A stretch of DNA of 64,000 nucleotides from Saccostrea cucullata (lineage: Eukaryota): the NCBI RefSeq assembly GCF_032062105.1, contig NW_026940997.1, positions 496,001-560,000 on the forward strand, read 5' to 3'. Numbering within the stretch: position 1 is the first letter of the stretch; each line of letters begins with the position of its first letter. A program made the position numbers and the translations under genes. Below, piece by piece: positions 42,407 to 52,300 of this stretch. Below the pieces are notes generated by a model that saw only the letters and a program-made list of their open reading frames with translations, did no database searches and was not told the DNA's origin.

Positions 42407-43527
42407 GGATAGAATGCACTTTACAGGTACGGCCGCCATTTTGATTCTAGATCCGCGCGTGAGAGTGCGCGGCGTAAAAACTTAGCAACGTATCAACTAT
42501 GATGGGCGACGCCATTTTGTTGTGTAAGAAACTCTCGAAGCGAGAAAAAAAGATATCTAAATGGGTTTTCGCTTTTTTAAGCGGGGGTGTGGGGGCGGCA
42601 GCCCCCAATACGTAAAAATAAATAAAACAAACTTACCTTAGTCGTTAGATAAATCTGCGTTAAGACTCGGGGCCACACCTACGTGTCACTATACATGTAG
42701 AACCATTGTGTCTTTTTTTTGATGAGTTGTAAATACGTTTTTATGGGTGATGAAGGAGATAAACGTCAATTTTAAATTATAGCTACTATCCTAGTGCATT
42801 CTTGTTTTAGTAGAGATTTCCTATATAACTGCATTCCATGTGGTCTCAATGATTGTAAAGTATCCAGTGTTAAATAGATAAATTTTAGTTCGTAAATCCA
42901 GGATTTACTGCAGCTCTGTTTCCAGAAATCTAAGATGTGACTCTTACGTTTCATTTTTCTTATACTGCCGATTGCTGTTTCTCGAAACAAGACCGTCCTC
43001 ACTGCATGTTTACAAGTTTTGCCCCTCCACTTATTCAACATTTCCATAAACTAAGGATCACATTTATCGCTAAAATTTCCAAAAATTCTAGTATGTTGCA
43101 GTCAGTCAATTAAAAATATCCATTCATAGAAAACACAACACAAATCATCTTAAATAAGGTGCATGATGAATCACTGTTTACAATCAAATAGAGTGGAAGT
43201 CAAACTTTCTATTTCACGTCACCTACCCTGACCAATCACAGCACTGAAATAAGTCACGTGCTTAACAACGTCACGACTTTGGAATGTGGCCGACAAAATG
43301 AAAGCCAAAGGTTTGTTTTGAAAGTGCTTTTAGTTTTAATTAATAACTTCGTTAATTAAACGAAGTTTATTAACATGAAAAATGACGAGGAATTCAAAAA
43401 ATAGGTTATTTTTGCATTTTATTGCCTTTTTAGCGAAATCGTCACGCTGACGCGTGACTCTCTTATAGAGAAGGAACACGTGCTATTTCCATGTTATTTG
43501 GACGTACCGGTAAAGTGCAGTTGTCCC
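42407..43527. mobile_element. Non-autonomous DNA transposon, GG...CC termini, 8-bp TSD
   Basis: TIRs ggatagaatgcactttacaggtacggcc / ggacgtaccggtaaagtgcagttgtccc. TSD TTGGCCTT (42399-42406/43528-43535). Confidence 0.85.
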
Positions 43528-43755
43528 TTGGCCTTTATTAGTTAAGCCGTTTTCTGGAAATTTTCAAAATTTTGTTAAAGAATGGCTTGAATATCACAAG
43601 CCTCGAAACTTTTTCAGGAAAGGATCTCATGCAGAAAGTGTGTTTGCTGAACCACAGTTTCAGAGTAATGTTATTGTGCTTTACATAGACTGTTCTGATT
43701 GTTGAATTTTGTGTTTATGCTATGTTATAACAGACAATGATCATGAATTTATGTT

Positions 43756-43900
43756 AGCCTTTATGAGGCTTTTGTAAAGCCCGGATGGGGCAATTGTGAT
43801 GAAGCCCGGATGGGGCAATTGTGATGAAGCCCGGATGGGGCAATAGTGATGAAGCCCGGATGGGGCAATTGTGATGAAGCCTTGATGGGGCAATTATGAA
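43756..43900 (+). repeat. 25-bp tandem hairpin array between pol and YR
   Basis: aagcccggatggggcaattgtgatg, about 5 copies, plus an upstream variant agcctttatgaggct. Confidence 0.9.
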
Positions 43901-44142
43901 TATAAAATTTATGTTGCATATAATTGTTAATTATTATGAATTATGAAGCATTATGAATAAGATTACAGATGTACTTATTAAATTTGATCAAGAAAGGGCT
44001 GAAATGTTGATCAAGAGACATAAATGTATATATATTTAATATGAAGTAATTTTTTTTTTAATTTCAGCTCACATGTAGTTTCTCGACTTGGAAAGAAATT
44101 AAAAAGATTCAAGATCCTAGACTCAAGGACACGGTACTCAAA

Positions 44143-45084
44143 ATGAATGATATAGTAATGCACAGTAAAAGTGATAACACGTATAAAAAATACAGAAGCT
44201 ATTTTCTACAGTTTAAGTCTTGGTGCACAAAATTTAAATTTCTTGCATTACCTGCTACACCATCTTCTGTTGCAGTTTATTTGTCTTATCTTATACAAAA
44301 GCAGTCTTCAGTTGCAGTCATTAATGCGGCATATTATAGTATTCAATGGGCACATCATATTAATCTTTGTAATAATCCATGTGCAGACAATCTTGTAAAT
44401 TTGATTTTAGAAGGAGGGAAGAGATTGTTATCGAAACCTGTAGTTAAGAAGAAACCTATTACACCTGAGATTTTAGATAAAATAATGGATAAATTTCCAC
44501 AGGTAGAAAATTTATATCATTCGAGATTGGTATGTATGTTGTTATTAGGTTATGCAGGTTTCTTAAGATATGATGAACTTGTGCATATTCGAATGTGTGA
44601 CATTAAGTTTCATGAATCAGGTTCACATGTTGAAATTAGAGTTGAAAAAAGCAAAACGGATATTTTCAGGCAAGGTAATATTGTTGTTATAGCGAAAACA
44701 GGTAATAAACTTTGTCCTGTTTCTTATCTTGAAAAATACATATCATTAGCTGGTCTTGCTTTTCAGTCTAATGATTTTATTTTTAGAGCAGTTACATTTT
44801 TCAAAAAGGACAATGTTTATAAGTTATGTAAATCAAATAAACCTTTGACTTATACTAGAGCTAGAGAGCTTCTTCTGGATGCTCTTAAAAGTGTGTGTGT
44901 AGATTTTAAAGATTATGGTTTACATAGTTTGAGAAGTGGTGGAGCAACTGCAGCAGCTAATAACAATATTCCAGATAGACTTTTTAAAGCTCATGGCAGA
45001 TGGCGTTCGGAGAATGCTAAAGATGGTTACATTTCAGATAGTTTAAATAACAAACTCGTGGTTACTTTGAATCTTGGATTATGA
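44143..45084 (+). CDS. Tyrosine recombinase of the retrotransposon (frame open upstream to an acceptor at 44067)
   Basis: Catalytic set intact: FLRYDE, KSKTD, HSLRSGGAT, HGRWRSE..DGY. Confidence 0.93.
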   Translation: MNDIVMHSKSDNTYKKYRSYFLQFKSWCTKFKFLALPATPSSVAVYLSYLIQKQSSVAVINAAYYSIQWAHHINLCNNPCADNLVNLILEGGKRLLSKPVVKKKPITPEILDKIMDKFPQVENLYHSRLVCMLLLGYAGFLRYDELVHIRMCDIKFHESGSHVEIRVEKSKTDIFRQGNIVVIAKTGNKLCPVSYLEKYISLAGLAFQSNDFIFRAVTFFKKDNVYKLCKSNKPLTYTRARELLLDALKSVCVDFKDYGLHSLRSGGATAAANNNIPDRLFKAHGRWRSENAKDGYISDSLNNKLVVTLNLGL

Positions 45085-46337
45085 ATTCTTTAATTTCTTT
45101 TGTAGGTTAATGATATACCCAACCTTTGTGTTCGAACTGGTTGATAGGCGCTCAACATACTACATCTGTGTTCTGTTAATTATTTTCTAAGTACTTAGAA
45201 TAGAAATATTTTATGTTCGGATGAGTGAAACGAAGGAGAACATAAATCATTTTCTATTAGTTGTATGTGGGGATTATTTTATACGCGTAAGCATATTGAA
45301 GGGTAGTTGTTTGGTCATAGTATATAAGAAGTTGGTCAGGCGTAAAGTGGTCATCGACGAGCAATAATCAACCAGATTTCGAACACGCTTTTTTTGAATT
45401 ACTTAGATATATATATATTGTATAATTAAGACATGTTTCATTGTATTTTGCAGATAGATTGTATTTGGAATTTTGGTAATATTCTTGGGGTCATCATCCA
45501 GGGCATCGCTACTTAAAGTCGCGTGTTTATTGTACATATATATGTGAATAAACTGGTTGATAGGCGCTCAACATACTACATCTGTGTTCTGTTAATTATT
45601 TTCTAAGTACTTAGAATAGAAATATTTTATGTTCGGATGAGTGAAACGAAGGAGAACATAAGTACTGTAAACATGTACAAGTAATTCTGACTTGTAGTTT
45701 ACATGTACAAGTGAGCTTGCTAAACTTCTCTAATGTGTAATAAAGTCCCAAAAAATTATAGATTTATAAGGGTGACTGCAGAAAGGTAGAATTTTGAACA
45801 ACATAAAAAGTTTACATTTCGAAACATTTTAGAAATCTTGCAATTTGCATCAAGTCTAGTTTATAAAAGCATTGTGTTAAATCTGGCTTCTAACATTTCT
45901 TCCATTACTTAAGAAGATATGGTAAATACACATGTACAGGAATGGTAAAGTCTTCTAAGATAACTCATTTTCTTCTCACCACTTCAATTTTAACAAACGC
46001 AAGTCATCATTATCATATGGAGCTCCAGCCAAAGTAGAAATAAATATGCATCAAAAAGTTTAAATTCAGTGTATTTCTTTTTCAAAGTATAAAATTTAAA
46101 ATCTATTGAACCAAATAAAAGATAAAATAAAGTTAAGTCTTCTTCTACAAGTAAATTTAAAATATACTGGTAATTCATCTTAAAGTTCATATATGTAAAA
46201 TTAAATTTGGAAAATCAATTTGCGTGGCAAATCTTACAATCATTTTAAAGGTTATGTTTTTTAGAGTGTATTCATATCATTTGTCTCTAGCACTACTGTC
46301 TTTCCATGTGTATAGTTACAACAGTCAATAACAGTTT

Positions 46338-49300
46338 TTAGGGAAGGAGTTTCCTTTGTACTGCCTTTGAGCATGGCTTATTAGAGGGGGTAAATGAGAC
46401 TAGGTCTTCATCTGTATCTTTTACTTCTCGACTAAGTTTCTCCTCTCTGAAATAATTAAAATACAGTTTATACTGTACATGTTTAAAATAATGATGCAAA
46501 ATCTTAACTATTTTCAACATGCACACACATATGCACTGCATGCAACTCCCTATGGCCTAAGGAAGACCCCTGTTTATTTTTAAATCAAAAGGTAGAAGGG
46601 TGTAAATTAATATTCTCTGTCTTTTGTGTAAAACTTTCATTTCAGGGAAATATGACCAGAAACTTTTGAGCTTTTGCAATGAAATTTCATACCATAACAT
46701 CCTATGCCTCCCCCCACCACCACCCCCCAATCTGGATCCATGCATACTCTTCTTTTTTTCTTAAGTGAGGAACTCTGATTCTCTGAATTAGCTTTTACTA
46801 ATTACATTGGATAAATAGAGATCTAAAATCCATTTCTTAAGCAAGCTTTGTATCAAAATTACCTTTTGTTAAATGCAAACTTGGAGAAAAGGTCTTTGAT
46901 ACTCCGTTGTTTGTTATCTGTTGTTATCTTGCCTTTCCTATTTTTAGACAACCCACTTGCTCTACATCCTGACTTTAAAGAGCCTAAAAATTAAAATAAA
47001 ATGAAACAATTGTAGACACTTGTACAAAAAATGTTTTTACATATCAATATTTGTTTTTAGAATTTTCTTGTATACATGTAAATTGTAAAGCCCTGTGGGT
47101 ATAACTGACTTGCCTTTCAGATATTAACTATATGTATACAAAATATGCCTGCATCTAATTACAGGTGAACAAATTTTGATCTGGAATTATTTTACATTTG
47201 ACAATGAGTTTAAGGTGATACCAAAAAAAAAACTTTGCTTCTTACCTACACTTGACTTTTCCTTTGTTTCCTATAAATAAAACAAGCATAAATTAGTATT
47301 TCCAGAATTTGTAATTAATGTGTCAACAGAAAAACTTAGTAAGGTGAATTTGAAGAGACCTCTAAATTAATTGTGGTATGCCAAAATTGGTGTGTTATAT
47401 AAAATGTACTTAAAATTTTTCTCATCAGACCTTATCATAGCCACAGTTGTTCTGTTCACATTGAAATTTTTCAAAGCAAAAGGGTATATTTGGATCATTA
47501 CAATTTTCTTCATGCCAAATGAATTTGAAAATGTATGCAATTATCAGCATGATATCAAGATTCAAAGCCCATTTGCTCTAGTCATTTGGAAAAAATTTAA
47601 AAGATTTTATTCTTATATATTCCGTTGTTTATTTGGGACCAATCTTTTTTGGAGGCACAATAATTTCAATAAAGTGCCGCGCCACAGCATGATACGCCCG
47701 TCAAAAAATACAATTTTTTGAACAGTTTAGGTGCAAGAAAATCACACCTTGATTCTCAGATTTCGATGATTTTTCCATTCCTTAAAATATTTATCCATCC
47801 CCTGTGATGTAGGCATCAATTATAATAAATATTACATCACTGATAGACTTCTTTGCTGGTTGTGTTAGACCTTGTCAAATGCCCATCATCAAATTAGTCT
47901 TAACAACTTAATCTATACCAAATTAATTTTGAAAAGAAAAGGCTGGCCATCAAATGACATATGTTATAATAAACTGACCAGCAGTTCTTCTGTCTAATCC
48001 CCAAAGGGTACAGATAAGACTGAGACAGCTAGCCTTCCTACAATGAACTCATTAATTAATCTTTAACTGGATGCTTGTCTACTCATTACTACCAAGAGAT
48101 GAATGGGTCTGCACTTTCTCTTTTTAAAAACATATAAAATACTCAAAGATTTTTTTTTGGTTGAGATTTAATGTCCGACAGGTTTTAATATGTAATCCAT
48201 ATGGACATGCTGATTCCACCCCACCCCATAAAATTAGTTTTTGAATTAAAAATATTACATAATATCAGATTAGTCTATTATGCAATATCAAATTAGTTTT
48301 AATTACTTTTCATCCAATTCATTTTAAAACTTAAGCTAGTCAACAAGAACTATTTTTAATCAAACAGGCTTACCCATTTGCCCAATACTCAAGGGATATA
48401 GATAACACCAATGCTCTGTCAGTTAGCTCCTCGCACTCAAATCCCATTAATTTCTCTCTAATTTGACATGCAATTTTCTGTTATCAAAATTCTTCTTGAC
48501 CAGTGCTTGATAATTACACTCATGGGAGAGGCAGGATTTCTCTGACATACATTAAATTTGTTATAGATTGCTGTCAAGTATATGCTTAAAAAAAATAAGT
48601 ATTTTCTTGATTTAACACTTTTTTAATAAGAACAGTGCAACACTCTTACATTATTTGGGATGTGTTAATGAATAATATAAAGAAACATTTTTTTTTTAAA
48701 AATTCACTTAAATTAAAGGTCACAGTGACCTTGAAATAGGTCGCGACACACCTTCTACCTAAGATGCATAAACTGGCCAAGTTTGATGATTGTACCGTAA
48801 TTTTCGGGTTATATGTCGATACTTTTTTCTCAGAACCGCTGGGGTCGCCCAATATACGAATTCGACCTTTCTTAGGCTCAAGTTTACGAAAAATGCCCCA
48901 AAATCAATAAAATTTACGTAAATTTCAGAGCAAATCTGTGCCACTTTTATAACTTTTTTCATTATTTTACGCAGAAAAATTAATGCCTAGGTAAACAATA
49001 AAATATTTATTCTATAGCTTTCTTACAAAATAAATTCCATTAAATATCCGTTGATGACAAAGGAAAAAACTGCTTCATCAAGTTAATAATTCCTCAACGT
49101 GTTATCCATTGCCATCATGCGGTAGCCATCTTGTGAAGTTAGGAAGTCGCTATCGTTTACTTAAAGTAAAACCGCAACCGTATCAAAATTTAAAATACGG
49201 AAAATTTTTCAAGATCACAAGTGTAGTGTTTTGCCATTAATTAGTAGATTGATAAATTGAAATAGTATTAATTTTTTTATTGTAAAAGTCTTATATTTAT

Positions 49301-52300
49301 TTTAATGTAAAATTAGTGAAATAAATTGTTGCCAGTCAATTCCTAAAAATCGTTTTGAAAGATAGTTTGAAGTTTTACAAGCAATTATGGAAATATACAT
49401 GCGGATGATAAAAAATTAATTTTATTGATATGGAGTTTTACAAGCAAAGAATTAGTAATAAATGCAGGTTACAGAAATATGATTTAAGACAGAAATGTAA
49501 TTTTAACTGATATAATAAGGTTTATCAAAAGCTTCTTCGTACACAAGAAGTACACTGAATTACCGCTATACAAAGATTGGCTTCTAACGAATTTTAATTG
49601 TCTGACAGATAAAAGGATTTACACTGTGTGTACACGCAAAGGTTTCAACACCTGTGTTGGTTTAATACCCGCAGGGCATGATTAGCAAATCCACGTGCCG
49701 TTATAGGGTATTAGTGTTACACATCATTGAACAAACAAAGCCATGAAATTCATAATGACTGTCAAATTGTGGATGTACCGGTACTCTCAATTAAATTTAT
49801 AAATTAAACTTTCAGCGTGGTAATATTATTTCAATTTTTTACTGTTGCTTTATATATACATTCAATGGTCGTTTGCGGGTTTTAGAATGGCGGACATCGA
49901 AGCAATTGTCGTCCACCGGTAAATAACTAACTGAATAAACTATATTAGGAATGTGTCCAAGTTGTTCTGAAATCAGAATTATTATTCTTTGATCTCGGGT
50001 ATTTCCCGAATTATAGCTTAAAATAAGAAACGTATTTACGTGTTATTTTTGCCTCTGGTTTAACAACAGTATGAAACTACGGAGGCATTGAACAGGCAAG
50101 TTGGAGAAAAAAAAGTAGTAACACAATTCAAAGAAGTTTTAACTACATTTTTTTTTAAAAACTTTATTTAAATGCTGTACTCATTAAAATACCTGTTTGT
50201 TTTCTTGATACGTTCATGTCACGGAATTGCCCCGGTAATTTTAGAGATTTACCTGTTCTGATACGTTGTATCTGCGTGAGAATCTTTAGAAAACGGGAAA
50301 CAAAGCCTCGTCCTATATAGTAAGTTCGTCCTATCTTAGGATTTTTCAAAAATTAAGGCTGAAAATGAGCCTTTCGACCTATATACCCCATCGACTTATA
50401 ACCCGAAAATTACGGTAGGTCTTATAGTTTTCTAGTTATGGGCCGGAAAGGATTTTTCCATATTTGGCTATAACTTCTTAATTAAAGGTCAGAGCGACCT
50501 ACTTTTTATGCGCGACACACCTTCTACCCAAGATGCATCAGATGACAAAGTTTGATAATCCTAGGCCTAGTAGTATTAAAGTTATGAGCCGGAAACGAAA
50601 AAGCTAACGGACAGACAGACGGACGGACACGAAGCCTATAACATAATACGTCCCGTCTTAAGATGGGCGTATAAAAAGCGATTAAATGATCCATTACCTC
50701 CCCCAGAAAAAGAGCAAGGCTACTTTTCACCACAAAGACATATCAGAGGACATTTTTTTCCATACAATATATAAATATTATTGCTGTTATTATATTAACA
50801 CATCAAATGTGAGACAAACCTGGGAAGACCTCGCCTGACTTGAAATTTCTGATTCTCTACTTTTCTGAGCTGCATATTCCTCAGATATAATCTGTACTTC
50901 CTGACTGTCTGGGAAACAGTCAAGGTCAATACTGTAGGCCCCACTCTCCTGGCTGTAGGACACAGAGCTAGCCTGGCTAAGAGAGTCCTGATTGCTGCCC
51001 ATTTCTACACAACTCTCAACATGCTGAAGCTGCTTGCTCGACTGCACCTCCGAATCATTCTCTGTGGATTTTGAAGAAAAGTAATTTGAAAGACATGGTT
51101 CTGATACCACTTTTTTGTAGCTTGTATTCACTTTGTCTAATTTTGTGCTGGTAATATTGTTTATCTTTGAGAATTTGAATTTGGACCAAGTGAATGCTGA
51201 GCCAGGGGAGGGTTTTGGTGTTGATGGACTTTGTTTGATTTTTTTGTTTTTCTCTGTTGGATTTGGCTTGGATACCAGTGATTTTGAATTATTTGACACA
51301 TCTTCTTTTCCAATCTTCTCTTCTTCTGTCCAATCATCATTCTTCTCATTACCTTCATCCATGTTACTCTCTGTGGGAGCTTCAGGTTCATTCACATTCA
51401 CTTTACTCTCTGTAGAAGTTTCAAGTTTTTGAATTTCAAGAGAGGAAGCAAAAAATCTGTAACAAGATAACTAAAATTAAGATTTTGATAGCATCACACA
51501 AACCTTTCTTTATGCACAAAAATTTATTTATTTTTGATGGGTTATTTAATGTACTAATAAGGCAATAATTTACAACTTCATACCTGCTTTTGACTATATC
51601 CTTGGAGGCATTGATGTTAAATTTTTCCTTCTTCTCTGTGTGTACAGCAAACCTGTTTCTTACGGGAGATGGTTTTGGACATGGCTGTGGGGAACTTGGA
51701 ATCCTTTCCTCATTGCTCTCAACCTTTGATGGGGAAATTTCACAAGCATCCTGATCAGCATCTTTTAAAGAATCAAAAAACTGCACTTTGTTGGGTGACA
51801 TGTAGAGTTTACGGAACTTCTTCACAGGACTCTTTGGAAGCTCCTCCTCTGAGTCACTAGAAGCCCTCCGCCTCTTCTTGTGGGATGGTGGGGAGGGGGA
51901 ATTTTCTTCATTCTCCTCCTGGTACATACTGGTTAATTCTCTATCAGACTTGACATTTTTATCATCTTCTGAAATAAGTTAGTGGTATTTTAATAATGTA
52001 TCAAGTACTTTGTGGACTGTCCTTGAAAATTCCCTTTATACAGACTTTCTCTCAAAATTTTAACATTTGTATTTAACATTAAAATTCTTTACCTGGAGTT
52101 GGCCTTTTTTGATGGAAAGTTTTTTTCACTATGACCTCTTTTCCTTGAAGATTAGGTCTCTCAATATTCTGCACCTCCCTTAGCTCTGTTTTAGGTCTGA
52201 TTCTGTAGTTTTTGTCCCACATACTCAGGCGGTGCAGCTGTTCAGGCTTCTTTTTACTGGCTTTAGAGGGCTTTAAAAACAAAGAAAACAGCTAAATCTT

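Larger units (their letters stand above)
39339..43705 (+). pseudogene. Pol (RT - RNase H - DAM-like methyltransferase), interrupted by two insertions
   Basis: RT RLILDLR / FDLKSGYHH / LPFGLSSAP / YLDD. RNase H YTDAS / WRELKAV / YTDNQ / WIPRSENEIADAYSK. MT-like DLFA..VDAF..W.VPP..GTLIVPKW..APFWP. Segments 39339-41178 + 42005-42406 + 43536-43705 rejoin in frame (~800 aa). Confidence 0.9.
38781..45660 (+). mobile_element. Tyrosine-recombinase retrotransposon (DIRS order, PAT-like) with split direct repeats
   Basis: A1 38781-38928 equals A2 45244-45391, and B1 45135-45244 equals B2 45551-45660 (identical by eye), in the order A1-ORFs-B1-A2-B2. It has gag, RT/RNase H/MT-like and YR ORFs, and no TSD. 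Confidence 0.93.

Noticed and set aside
43777-43900. 25-bp repeats as a CRISPR array, hammerhead ribozyme or C/D snoRNA
   Set aside because: No unique spacers and the context is eukaryotic. GUGAUGA plus a stem resembles a hammerhead core but lacks CUGA and GAAA. No matching D box.
38781-45660. Phage integrase / bacterial contamination, or an Ngaro assignment
   Set aside because: The YR is linked to gag and RT within split direct repeats between intron-containing animal genes. The MT-like domain favours PAT-like over Ngaro, pending phylogeny.
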